The notes below the pieces were generated by a model. The model ran no database searches, was not told the DNA's origin, and saw only the letters and a list, made by a program, of their open reading frames with translations. A stretch of 36,477 nt of DNA from Myxococcota bacterium (GTDB lineage: Bacteria; Myxococcota; UBA4151), in contig JBDQPD010000028.1 in NCBI GenBank assembly GCA_040260805.1, positions 1 to 36,477 on the forward strand, read 5' to 3'. Positions 24,503-33,691 of the stretch are shown piece by piece; the stretch's first letter is position 1, and each line of letters starts with the position of its first letter. The position numbers were made by a program, and so were the translations under genes.

Positions 24503-26194
24503 TTAGGGCGCTGAGAAGTCCATCACCAGGTTCACAGCTCCCACGTTACGCTCATAAAAGGCGTCGGCGACGATGGTGTAAGCTCCAGCCGCTAGCTCGA
24601 GGTCCTCGATCCGGCTCAGCTTGTTGTCGCCCGAGATGTCATCATGACAGGCGATTTCGTCTAATCCGCCACAACCGCGCAGCAGATAGAGTACGGTATC
24701 GTAGCTCTCGCCGCGGTCAGAAAATGCGGTGTATGCGGTCAACTGAGCAGGGTTTTGGAGCGTAAAGGTGTAGGCTCGCTCCCGCCCTTGAGCGCCCGAG
24801 CGGTCGGCGCAGGTGAGCGGCGCATACTGCCGACGCGCATCTTCGTTTTCGATGGGAATTTCAACCCGCCCTTCTCGAGGGACGTCAATACTCTGGGCGG
24901 TTTCGCAGGCAGGTCCTGGATCGGGTTCCTCGTACTCAAGGGTGACGCGCAGCTCAAAGTTGCCGCTCGTCGTTCTGAACCCGTCAGCGATCAGATAATA
25001 AGTGCCGGCTTCGACCCCTTCTTCGATCCTTGCGTCGGTGCGACCCATATCATTGCCGCCTCGATGGTCGTCGTTGCAGTTGAGTTCGGTCTCGACGTCA
25101 TCGCACGCGCTGCGGATCGACAACACGGGATCAAACCCCTCGGTTCGAGCGACCATGTCGGCGATGATCGTTCCACCGCCTTCGGGGACAACGAGCGCGT
25201 AGACGGCGTCGGCTCCGGCGCTGCGCGGCTCGTTGTTGCGGTGACCACAGCTTGGCTCATAGGTGTTGTCTTTACCGCGGGTGCTGCCCTCTACGACGAC
25301 GCGCTCGTTGCGCGTGAGTTCAATTACCTCCGCTTGCTCGCACGAGTTGTTGCCCTCGACCTGTCGCTCGAGCTGCATGGCGTAATCAGTTTGCAGCTCC
25401 TCAGGTCCGCTGACACGCAAGAAGTAGACCCCGTCTCGGGTGCTTTGGTGGACTAGAGCTAGCCCCTCATCGCTGCTTTGCGCCGTCGCAATCACTTGAT
25501 CGCCGCTGTCATTGAGCAGCTCAAGGACGAGGCGCTCAGAGCCTTCAACCGTGGCTCGGATTTGGCTGTCAGCAGGCGCCGTGAACCGATAATAATCGGG
25601 GTCACCGCAGAAGGTTAGGTCGGGGTGGTCACCGCCGGTGATTCGCTCCGCACCGTTGGCGTTGTTGTTGTTCTCGTAGCGGTCGTCTCGACAACGCACC
25701 GCCTCACGTTCCACCGATAGCGTGTATGCCGAGGCACGACGAGAGGGGTTGGTGACCAGCACAAAGAACTTTGAGCCGCGTCCAATCCACTCCGAAACGA
25801 TGTCGCGCCCACCGCGTTCTACCGAGACCGCAAATTCTCCGTCTTGGTTGAGGATCTGCAGATCCACGTCCCCAGCGCCGTCGTGTTCGAGACGGACGCG
25901 AGCGCGCTCGTCGTTCGCGGTTTGGATCCAGTACCAGTCTTCGTTGCCCGGACAAGCGACGAGGTTGACATCTTCGGTTTGAGCGACGGCTGCCGCTGCC
26001 TCCCGGTTGTCGTTCGCCTCCATCCGATCATCCGTGCACTCAGGACGCGGTTGGGCAGCATCTTGACTCGGGTTACCTGGATCGACGCCTGCGTCGGAGA
26101 TGACGCCACCATCTCCGAAGGGGTCAGGTCCTGCCGGTGCGTTGACCGCACAGGCTCCAAACGAGAGCAAGACGAAGAGTGAGAGCAGACGCAT
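24503..26194 (-). CDS. Lipoprotein with tandem PPC (pre-peptidase C-terminal)-like beta-sandwich domains, no catalytic domain seen
   Basis: Lipobox SFGAC. Two DD..E.N...D[WY]Y modules and two D.VL.[IL]...C....E..C.DD...G.Y.[IL][IV]AD modules. Confidence 0.8.
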   Translation of the reverse strand: MRLLSLFVLLSFGACAVNAPAGPDPFGDGGVISDAGVDPGNPSQDAAQPRPECTDDRMEANDNREAAAAVAQTEDVNLVACPGNEDWYWIQTANDERARVRLEHDGAGDVDLQILNQDGEFAVSVERGGRDIVSEWIGRGSKFFVLVTNPSRRASAYTLSVEREAVRCRDDRYENNNNANGAERITGGDHPDLTFCGDPDYYRFTAPADSQIRATVEGSERLVLELLNDSGDQVIATAQSSDEGLALVHQSTRDGVYFLRVSGPEELQTDYAMQLERQVEGNNSCEQAEVIELTRNERVVVEGSTRGKDNTYEPSCGHRNNEPRSAGADAVYALVVPEGGGTIIADMVARTEGFDPVLSIRSACDDVETELNCNDDHRGGNDMGRTDARIEEGVEAGTYYLIADGFRTTSGNFELRVTLEYEEPDPGPACETAQSIDVPREGRVEIPIENEDARRQYAPLTCADRSGAQGRERAYTFTLQNPAQLTAYTAFSDRGESYDTVLYLLRGCGGLDEIACHDDISGDNKLSRIEDLELAAGAYTIVADAFYERNVGAVNLVMDFSAP

Positions 26195-26373
26195 AAAGTT
26201 TCCCCTGAGCGAAGATATCTTAGCCTGCTCTATGCGCCGATGCCAACGCCCCTTGGCGACTTGGTCTGCATAACGATGAGACAGCCCAGTCGATCACAGA
26301 ACAATGCTGGCGAATCCTTTCATGAGTCGGTAGATCACACGTCATATTAGTCCAGACCAAAGAGGGTACAAGG

Positions 26374-28158
26374 ATGAGCACAGAGACCTACTTAACAGCG
26401 CCTGTAGCGACGAAAAGCCTCCCCAAGGGAATACCCTACATTATCGGTAACGAAGCTGCCGAGCGCTTTAGCTTTTATGGCATGAAGGGGATCCTAACGA
26501 TCTTCATGACCAAGTACCTGTTTTTGCTCTCGGATACGGCGGGTACTCCGATGGCGAAAGCCGAGGCGATCGCTCGCTATCATGACTTCACATTTTGGGT
26601 GTATTTGACCCCCGTTCTTGGTGCGTTTCTCGCCGACTGGTTGCTGGGTAAATACCGCACGATCCTGAGCCTATCGATCGTCTATTGCTTAGGTCACTTC
26701 GCGCTCGCGTTCATGGGCAGCGGTGGACTCTCTGCCGAGAACTGGATGCTCACCGGGCTCTACCTGATCGCCTTGGGCTCAGGCGGTATCAAACCGTGCG
26801 TCTCAGCCCATGTCGGTGATCAGTTTGGTCAGAGCAACAGCCACTGGCTGACGAAGGTCTTTGGTTGGTTTTACATCTCGATCAATGTGGGCGCTGCCCT
26901 GTCGACCTTGGCGACGCCGCTCTTGCTCGAGTGGTACGGTCCGCACTGGGCATTCGGTGTGCCAGGCGTCCTGATGGCGCTGGCAACCTTCGTGTTTTGG
27001 CAGGGACGAAAGGTGTTTGTTCACATCCCGCCACGGGGTAACGAATTCATCAAAGAGGTGTTCTCGCCAGAGGGTTACCTAGCGGTTGGAAAGCTGTTCA
27101 TCATCTTCCTCTTCGTCGCTGTATTTTGGGCGCTGTTTGATCAGACCGGATCGTCATGGGTCCTGCAGGCTGAAGACCTGGACCGGAACTGGCTAGGCAT
27201 CAACTGGCTCTCCTCACAGATCCAGGCGATCAACCCGATCATGATCGTCACCTTGGTGCCGCTCTTTAGTTACATCGTTTATCCAGCGATCGATAAGGTG
27301 TTCCCGTTGACTCCGCTGCGCAAAATAGCGATCGGTCTGTTCGTGATGGTGCCTGGATTTGCGATCGTCTCCGTGGTCCAAAGCTGGATCGACGCAGGGC
27401 AGACCCCGAGCATCGCTTGGCAACTCTTCGCTTATGCGATTTTGACAGCGTCCGAGGTGATGGTCTCGATCACTTGCCTCGAGTTTGCCTACACGCAAGC
27501 GCCGAAGAACATGAAGTCCGTGATCATGGCGGTGTTCTTGTTCTCGGTGTCGTTAGGGAATTATTTCACCGCCGGGGTCAACAAGTTCATCTTGGTTGAA
27601 GGTGGCGATGCAAAGACGGTGAGTGCGCCGCTCAAAGCGCAGATGAATACGCTCGATCTGAGCCTTCGCTCGGCCTTCGAAAAGGCTGATGGCGCGCTCC
27701 CTCTAACCCAAAATGGCAACGAGATTTTGGCGCAGAGCAAGGATGAATGGGGCTCGGTCATTCAGTACCGTTTGATCAACCGAAACAACTTCAAGTTGAC
27801 GTCACTTGGGCCGGATAAAACCTTTATGACCAAGGATGACGTGGTCCATAAAGTCTCGATCGCTCGACCCGCCACGAACAGCGAGGCGAAGGATGAACCC
27901 CTGAGCTGGCGCGAAAAACGGATGATCGAGCTCCTCGGTGCGAAGGGGCAAGCGCAGGTTGATAAAGAGCGCGGTGGCGTGCCGGTGATGACCTTTGACG
28001 CAACCGTCAGTGTGGGCGGCGAGACCAAGCTTGAAGGCGCGGCTTACTTCTGGTTCTGGACTTGGACCATGCTCTTTACCGCCATCCTCTTTGTCTTCGT
28101 TGCGCTTTGGTACAAGCCCAAGACTTACCTCCAAGAGGAATCGAGCGCCCAAGCCTAG
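26374..28158 (+). CDS. POT/PTR2 family proton-dependent oligopeptide transporter with a large soluble insert
   Basis: EAAERFSFYG (ExxERFxYYG-like), GAFLADWLLGKYRT, GGIKPCVSAHVGDQF, FYISINVG and LEFAYTQAPKNMKS. Confidence 0.93.
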   Translation: MSTETYLTAPVATKSLPKGIPYIIGNEAAERFSFYGMKGILTIFMTKYLFLLSDTAGTPMAKAEAIARYHDFTFWVYLTPVLGAFLADWLLGKYRTILSLSIVYCLGHFALAFMGSGGLSAENWMLTGLYLIALGSGGIKPCVSAHVGDQFGQSNSHWLTKVFGWFYISINVGAALSTLATPLLLEWYGPHWAFGVPGVLMALATFVFWQGRKVFVHIPPRGNEFIKEVFSPEGYLAVGKLFIIFLFVAVFWALFDQTGSSWVLQAEDLDRNWLGINWLSSQIQAINPIMIVTLVPLFSYIVYPAIDKVFPLTPLRKIAIGLFVMVPGFAIVSVVQSWIDAGQTPSIAWQLFAYAILTASEVMVSITCLEFAYTQAPKNMKSVIMAVFLFSVSLGNYFTAGVNKFILVEGGDAKTVSAPLKAQMNTLDLSLRSAFEKADGALPLTQNGNEILAQSKDEWGSVIQYRLINRNNFKLTSLGPDKTFMTKDDVVHKVSIARPATNSEAKDEPLSWREKRMIELLGAKGQAQVDKERGGVPVMTFDATVSVGGETKLEGAAYFWFWTWTMLFTAILFVFVALWYKPKTYLQEESSAQA

Positions 28159-28227
28159 CGTCGACGTGATTTGCGCAAACTGACGACGGGGCGTAGGCTT
28201 GCCCGCAGTTAAGTGAGGACGTTCAAC

Positions 28228-28974
28228 ATGCGGTATGTGGTACTTTCGGTAGCGATGTGTTTTGGGGTCGCCTTCATCGGTTGCGGTGGAGATGACGAAG
28301 GAACCGGTGGCAATGCGACTGAAGAGGTCTGCGGCGATTCCATCGACAACGACGCCGACGGTCAAATCGATTGCGCGGATTCCGAATGTGCCAACCTCTT
28401 TGAGTGTAAGAACCCACCAGTCGACGCAGGGCCCGCTGTGGATTCAGGTCCCGCTGCGGCGGATTCGGGAACTACACCTTCAGCCGATGCGGGCTCGCCT
28501 TCGAGCGTACCCGATGCCGGCACTGCCTCATCTGGCGACGGTGGCTCGACGCCGCAGGGTGATGAAATCTGCGACGATACCATCGACAATGATGGTGACT
28601 TGATGGTCGATTGTGCTGACGAGGACTGCTTTGGAGTGGGCGATTGCCCGCGGGGTCCCGAGGATTGCTCGGACGGTCAGGACAACAACGGCGACAATTT
28701 AGTCGATTGCCAGGACCCCCTATGCGAAGGTGATCAATCCTGCGGCGGCGGTGGTCCTGAAGGGATGCCTTGCATGGACGTCGTGATGTGCTTGCAGTCG
28801 TGCCCAGACGAGCAGTGCCAAGCTGAATGCTTGACCAACGGAACCGACCGCGCACGCGGTCTGGCTCAGGCTGTGATTCGTTGTGACAACGAAAACGGCT
28901 GCACCAGCGCGCCGGAGTGTCTGCAGGAACACTGCGAAGAAGAGGTCACCGCGTGTCAAGGTGACATGCCCTAG
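28228..28974 (+). CDS. Acidic Cys-rich lipoprotein with three putative metal-binding E.C.D..DN..D..[IV]DC.D..C repeats
   Basis: Start ATG 28228, lipobox AFIGC, three DND/DNN repeats, a DAG/DSG linker and a Cys-helical C-terminal module. Confidence 0.78.
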   Translation: MRYVVLSVAMCFGVAFIGCGGDDEGTGGNATEEVCGDSIDNDADGQIDCADSECANLFECKNPPVDAGPAVDSGPAAADSGTTPSADAGSPSSVPDAGTASSGDGGSTPQGDEICDDTIDNDGDLMVDCADEDCFGVGDCPRGPEDCSDGQDNNGDNLVDCQDPLCEGDQSCGGGGPEGMPCMDVVMCLQSCPDEQCQAECLTNGTDRARGLAQAVIRCDNENGCTSAPECLQEHCEEEVTACQGDMP

Positions 28975-29405
28975 GTTGCGAGCTCCTTCTCCATGATGCG
29001 GTGGACGAGTCCGACCTCATCGAAGGGTTCTCCCACGCATCGGTAGCCTAGTTTTTCGTAAAATGGGGTCGCATAGTCCCGAGCATGGAGACTGACGCGC
29101 TCAAAACCGCGCTGAATCAACTCGATCTCGAGGTGCTCGACCAGGCGGGTCCCAATTCCCTGTCCTTGCAGCGACCCGTGAACTGCCATTTGAAACAAAC
29201 GGCCGCCGCCTTGATCGTCCGGATAATACAAGACGCATCCAAAGACGCGCTGACGATCCACGGCGACCAAATGCAAGCTCTCGTCCTCAAAGGCAAAGCG
29301 TACATCTGCTCGCGTATGCCCGATCGGTTCACGCAAGATTCTAAACCGCAGCTCGAGCTCCGAGGCATACAATGGGTCACTAGGCGTAATAAAGAAGAGC
29401 TCCAT
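28971..29405 (-). CDS. GNAT family N-acetyltransferase (YjcF/ElaA-like)
   Basis: LRFRILREP, QMAV...QGQGIG (acetyl-CoA motif A), LHAR..A.PFYEKLGY and F.EVG..H..M.K. Start ATG 29405. Confidence 0.9.
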   Translation of the reverse strand: MELFFITPSDPLYASELELRFRILREPIGHTRADVRFAFEDESLHLVAVDRQRVFGCVLYYPDDQGGGRLFQMAVHGSLQGQGIGTRLVEHLEIELIQRGFERVSLHARDYATPFYEKLGYRCVGEPFDEVGLVHRIMEKELAT

Positions 29406-29509
29406 GAGCACCCTTTGGCAGTCCTTTGGTCCTCTTTTCAAGGTATGACGCAGTGATGACAGAACGCACCTTTGGCCTGGCACAACCCCGATACTTGGAG
29501 AGTGCATCT

Positions 29510-30556
29510 ATGAATGGTCGAGAACGTATGCTTGCCGCTTTGCAGGGTAAGCCCGTCGATCGCCCGCCGGTTTGGATGATGCGTCAGGCTGGGCGAACCC
29601 TACCTGAATACCGTGCGATTCGTGCAGGTCGGTCGTTTTTAGAGGTCATGCATGACCCGTCGATCGCCTCTGAGGTGACCTTGCAGCCGGTGCGGCGTTT
29701 TGGTTTGGATGCGGCGATCATCTTTTGTGATATTTTGATTGTTCCGGCTGCGATGGGCCTGAACTTAGAGTTTATCAAAGGCACTGGACCGGTTCTCGGT
29801 CCGGTTCTGCGAGATGCTGCAGATGTCGCAGCGCTCAAGACTCCGGTCGCTGAGCGCGACTACGCTTACCTGCTCGAGGCATTAGCACGGACCAAAGAAG
29901 AGCTCGCAGGTCAGACCGCCTTGCTCGGGTTCGCAGGCGCGCCACTGACCCTTGCGTCCTACATGATCGAGGGGGGCTCAACCCGCACCTTTACCGAACT
30001 CAAATCGTTTCTTTTTGGGCAGCCAGAGGCGGCCGCCGAACTCTTTGACAAACTCGCTGACGCCGTCGGTGATTTGCTCTTGGCTCAGCTCGCTGCCGGC
30101 GCCGACGCCGTCCAGCTCTTTGACACCTGGGCTGGTGAGCTTAGCGCCGAGGATTATGAGCGCTTTGCGATGCCCTACAACCGCCGAATTATCGCTCGAG
30201 TTCGCCAAGCGGGTGGAACGATTATGCTGTTCTTACGCAACGGGGCGCACCTGATGGATGCGGCGATCGAATCGGGCGCGAGCGGGCTGGCGCTTGACTG
30301 GCGCATGGATGTAGACACGATCATTCAACGCTTAGCCGAACATCAGGACGACTCAGCGCCAAACGTACTTCAAGGAAACTTAGATCCTGCGGCATTGTTT
30401 GCGCCGCCCGAACAGATCCGGGCGCGCGTGCGCCGCTTGCACGCAACGGTCGATGGTCGCATCGCGCACATCATGAATCTCGGGCATGGTTTGCATCCGA
30501 ACACACCGTTGACTGGCATTGAAGCCTTTGTCGAGGCGGTCAAGGAACTCGGCTGA
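29510..30556 (+). CDS. hemE: Uroporphyrinogen decarboxylase
   Basis: PVWMMRQAGRTLPEY, DAAIIFCDIL, GFAGAPLTLASYMIEG, QGNLDP and NLGHG. ATG 29510 with a GGAG RBS. Confidence 0.96.
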   Translation: MNGRERMLAALQGKPVDRPPVWMMRQAGRTLPEYRAIRAGRSFLEVMHDPSIASEVTLQPVRRFGLDAAIIFCDILIVPAAMGLNLEFIKGTGPVLGPVLRDAADVAALKTPVAERDYAYLLEALARTKEELAGQTALLGFAGAPLTLASYMIEGGSTRTFTELKSFLFGQPEAAAELFDKLADAVGDLLLAQLAAGADAVQLFDTWAGELSAEDYERFAMPYNRRIIARVRQAGGTIMLFLRNGAHLMDAAIESGASGLALDWRMDVDTIIQRLAEHQDDSAPNVLQGNLDPAALFAPPEQIRARVRRLHATVDGRIAHIMNLGHGLHPNTPLTGIEAFVEAVKELG

Positions 30557-31839
30557 TGATCGACGTTTTGGTGCTCGGCGGCGGGGTTGCGGGTCTCGAA
30601 GCTGCGCTCGGCTTGAGTCAGCAGGGTTTCGCTGTCGAGCTGCTCGAGGCATCGCCTCGGGTCGGTGGCTCAGTGACCACGGAAACACTCGATGGCTTTC
30701 GCTGCGAGCTCGGGGCGGCGACCTTGCGCGCGGACGGCGCCATTCTCAACGAGCGTTGCGATGAATTTGGCATCGCCTTGCGCGCCCTTGGTGGAGGCGC
30801 TCGCCGCAAAGGCATCCTAACGGGCGCCGGCCTGACCTACGTCGGTGGTCCTGGTGATCTGATGCGCAGTCGCCTGCTCAGCGCCCGCGGTAAAGCCCGA
30901 GCGCTGCTTGAGCCCCTGCAGGGGTCCGGCTCCAATGATGACGAATCGCTTGAACATTTTATGGTTCGGCGGCTTGGGCCTCAAGCGGGTCATCTGATGG
31001 CGCCTCTGCTCGCTCGCGGGGTCTATGCAGCGCCGCCGTCGCAACTTTGCGTCCGAACCGCTTTTCCGCGGCTGTACGCGATGGATCAAAACAAAGGCTT
31101 GATCCGAGGTATGACCAGCCAACCCCGCGCAGGAATCAGTTCGCTGCCGGGCGGACTCGGTGCCTTGGCTCAGGGCTATGCTCACCAGCTGTCGGACCGG
31201 ATCGCACTGGAAACTCCTGCGGTATCGATCCAGCGCGACGCCGAAGGTTGGAGCGTGACCAGCGCTCAAGGGCGATTGACGGCGAACGATCTGGTCGTTG
31301 CGACCCCAGCGCCAATCGCCGCAGCGCTCTTAGCTCAAGCTGCCCCGCAGTTGAGCCAAACGCTCGATGCGATGCAGCGCAGCGAGTTGACCAGCGTTCA
31401 GCTGGGATTTCACGGTCAACAGCTCCCAGAGAGTTTCGGGTTCTTAGTGCATCCAAGCGCTGGAGGAGAGACCTTAGGCTGCCTGTTTGCCTCACAGATC
31501 AACTCAGATGCTGCGCCCAAAGGGTCGGTTTTGATCGGCTGTATGGTCGGTATGAGCTCAGACCCGGTCGCCTCAGCTCGGGCGACGCTCGAGCAAGCGC
31601 TCGGCTGGAACGCTGAGCCTGATATGGTGCTTCAAACTGATTATCCGTCGGGCTTGCCTCTTTACAACGCCGAGCATGACCGGTTGCGGGCTAGGATCCA
31701 AGATCAGCTTCTTGCGCTTCCTGGCTTGCAACTGGCCGGGAACTACCTCAGGGGTATCAGCGTCGAATCGAGTCTCGAGAGCGGACGTTTGGCAGCTGAA
31801 GTGATCATGGCAAAGCAAACGACAAGGCAGGTTGCGTGA
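30556..31839 (+). CDS. hemY: HemY-type protoporphyrinogen/coproporphyrinogen oxidase
   Basis: GGGVAGL FAD motif, EAS.RVGG, ELGA, FGFLV and LAGNYLRGISV. Translationally coupled to hemE (TGATG). Confidence 0.88.
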   Translation: MIDVLVLGGGVAGLEAALGLSQQGFAVELLEASPRVGGSVTTETLDGFRCELGAATLRADGAILNERCDEFGIALRALGGGARRKGILTGAGLTYVGGPGDLMRSRLLSARGKARALLEPLQGSGSNDDESLEHFMVRRLGPQAGHLMAPLLARGVYAAPPSQLCVRTAFPRLYAMDQNKGLIRGMTSQPRAGISSLPGGLGALAQGYAHQLSDRIALETPAVSIQRDAEGWSVTSAQGRLTANDLVVATPAPIAAALLAQAAPQLSQTLDAMQRSELTSVQLGFHGQQLPESFGFLVHPSAGGETLGCLFASQINSDAAPKGSVLIGCMVGMSSDPVASARATLEQALGWNAEPDMVLQTDYPSGLPLYNAEHDRLRARIQDQLLALPGLQLAGNYLRGISVESSLESGRLAAEVIMAKQTTRQVA

Positions 31840-32978
31840 ACCAGCTCCCCTTAGTGCTCATCGGCGTCGACTTTCGTCGCGCTCCCACTCGGTACCGAGC
31901 GGCGCTAGCGCTCAGCGAGCCTGCGCGAGATGAGCTGGTGGCAACCTTGCGTGACCACGGAGCTACTGGCCTCGTCGTGCTTGAGACCTGCAACCGAACC
32001 GAGTGGTTGGTCGCGTCCGAGCGACCGGCGTGGGTCGCCCAACTTCTCGAAGCCCATATGATCCATTGTTGGCATGAAGCAGGTTTTACCGGAACCACTC
32101 CCAAGCCCTATCATTATGAGGGTGAAGAATGCGCTCGCCATCTGTTTCGGGTGGCTTCAGGTCTGGAGTCCTTTGTCCTCGGCGAGCGTCAGATCGCGGG
32201 GCAGCTTCAGCGCGCCTTTGAGTCGGCTCGAGCGGCCGAGCGAAGTTGCGCATTGCTCAATATCTTGGGCTCGTGGTCGGGTCGAGTGGTGCGTAAACTT
32301 CAGCGCCGTGGCGCGCACGCAACGCCGAGCGCAGGCGTTCAACTGCTTGCGCTCGAAGCGGTTCATGAGCACCTCGACGAGGGGGCGCGAGTGGGCGTGG
32401 TTGGTATGGGCGAAATCGGTCAGCGTTGCGCTGAGTTGTTTCGCCAGCGAGGGCATCAAGTAGAGTGCTTTAATCGAACGCCAATAGGCCCCGGCATCCA
32501 TGGCCTTGACGATCTGACCACGCTCGCCGCTTCGCTCGATGCGTTGGTGCTGGCAACGGGCGCAGCGTCGGCCTGGCTCGACGTCTCTGATCTGGGTGAT
32601 CAGCGCCTTCTCGTGATCGATATTGGCTCGCCTCAGCAGGCGCTCGATAACTTAGGCCAAGGGACAACTTATCTCGACCTTGATGCCTTGTTGGTCGGCT
32701 GTCGACCCACCTCCCAGCGACGCGTCGAAGCGCTTGAAGATGAGGTTGAGTTGGGGGTTGCTGATTTTAGGCTCAGCCAGGTTCGTCGCGGTTTACGCCA
32801 CGTCGTCGAGCTGAATCATCGAACCTACGAAGAGCTCGCGTATTCGAGTTTACCTCAGGTGATCGCCGGGCACGAGCAGATGGACAGCCGCCAGCTTGAA
32901 GCCCGGGTGCGCGGCTTGTTGAGGCGCTATAGCCGCGCGGTGCTACGAGCGGTCGAAGACTCCGAAGACAGCGCTTAG
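31836..32978 (+). CDS. hemA: Glutamyl-tRNA reductase (divergent, short)
   Basis: Catalytic TCNRTE, HLFRVASGLESFVLGERQIAGQ, NADPH-binding GMGEIG and VIDIG.P. GTGA overlap with hemY. Confidence 0.88.
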   Translation: MNQLPLVLIGVDFRRAPTRYRAALALSEPARDELVATLRDHGATGLVVLETCNRTEWLVASERPAWVAQLLEAHMIHCWHEAGFTGTTPKPYHYEGEECARHLFRVASGLESFVLGERQIAGQLQRAFESARAAERSCALLNILGSWSGRVVRKLQRRGAHATPSAGVQLLALEAVHEHLDEGARVGVVGMGEIGQRCAELFRQRGHQVECFNRTPIGPGIHGLDDLTTLAASLDALVLATGAASAWLDVSDLGDQRLLVIDIGSPQQALDNLGQGTTYLDLDALLVGCRPTSQRRVEALEDEVELGVADFRLSQVRRGLRHVVELNHRTYEELAYSSLPQVIAGHEQMDSRQLEARVRGLLRRYSRAVLRAVEDSEDSA

Positions 32979-33691
32979 AAGCGATCTTTCCATGCTCTGA
33001 GTTCGGCGAGCTGCTCGATCGACTGAGCGCGCATGAACGGGTTGATTTTACGCTCGAGTTCAATGCTCGATGGGACCGTAGCTAAGCCCTCTTCTCGAGC
33101 TTGTCGGCTGCGGCGAATTGCCAGATCAATGTCTGCGTTGTTGGGCTCGACCTCAGCGGCAAAGCGCAGGTTCGAGAGCGTGTATTCGTGACCGACCCAC
33201 ACTCGGGTTTGGTCGGGCAATGCGGCGAGCCGCTGGATGCTCTGATGCATCATCTCTGGGTTGCCTTCAAAGAGCCGGCCACAGCCGGCAATAAAGAGCG
33301 TGTCACCGGTAAAGAGATCGTCTCGAAAGTGATAAGCGATACCGCCCATCGTGTGCCCGGGAACAAAGAGTATTCTCGCTTTATGGTTCCCCACATGAAC
33401 CACATCACCGTCTTCTAACCACTGCGTTTGCCCAGGAATTCTGCCGCGGTCGGACGCGTGTCCGTACACTTGGGCATCGGGAAAGACCTTGAGCAGGTCT
33501 TCGTTTCCTCCCGTGTGATCCCAGTGGTGGTGGGTGGATAAAATGGCATCGAGCCGACCATCGAGCACCTCAAGGACCGGCGCCGCCTCGCTCGGGTCCA
33601 CAACCGCACAAAATCCGGTGTTGGGGCAGACCAGTCGATAGGCGTAGTTGTCGTTGAGGCAGGGGACAGGGGTCACCTCTAAATGGCTCAA
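32975..33691 (-). CDS. gloB: Hydroxyacylglutathione hydrolase (glyoxalase II)
   Basis: DNYAY, THHHWDHTGG, PGHT, FTGDTLFIAGCGRLFEG, GHEYT and ERKINPFMR. Start is either TTG 33691 (GGAG RBS, coupled to the upstream stop) or ATG 33703. Confidence 0.93.
   Translation of the reverse strand: MSHLEVTPVPCLNDNYAYRLVCPNTGFCAVVDPSEAAPVLEVLDGRLDAILSTHHHWDHTGGNEDLLKVFPDAQVYGHASDRGRIPGQTQWLEDGDVVHVGNHKARILFVPGHTMGGIAYHFRDDLFTGDTLFIAGCGRLFEGNPEMMHQSIQRLAALPDQTRVWVGHEYTLSNLRFAAEVEPNNADIDLAIRRSRQAREEGLATVPSSIELERKINPFMRAQSIEQLAELRAWKDRF

Noticed and set aside
26195..26373. Sigma-54 promoter or riboswitch upstream of the POT transporter
   Set aside because: The TGGC elements lack correct GG-N10-GC spacing. 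Only an 8-bp inverted repeat (TTGGTCTG/CAGACCAA) is present, which is too weak.
27740..27845. A separate gspG gene or T2SS locus
   Set aside because: The motif is in-frame within the transporter, lacks a prepilin leader, and no other T2SS genes are nearby.
28159..28190. Palindrome TTTGCGCAAA within an imperfect hairpin after the POT gene
   Set aside because: It occurs once and has no U-tract, so neither a terminator nor an operator can be supported.
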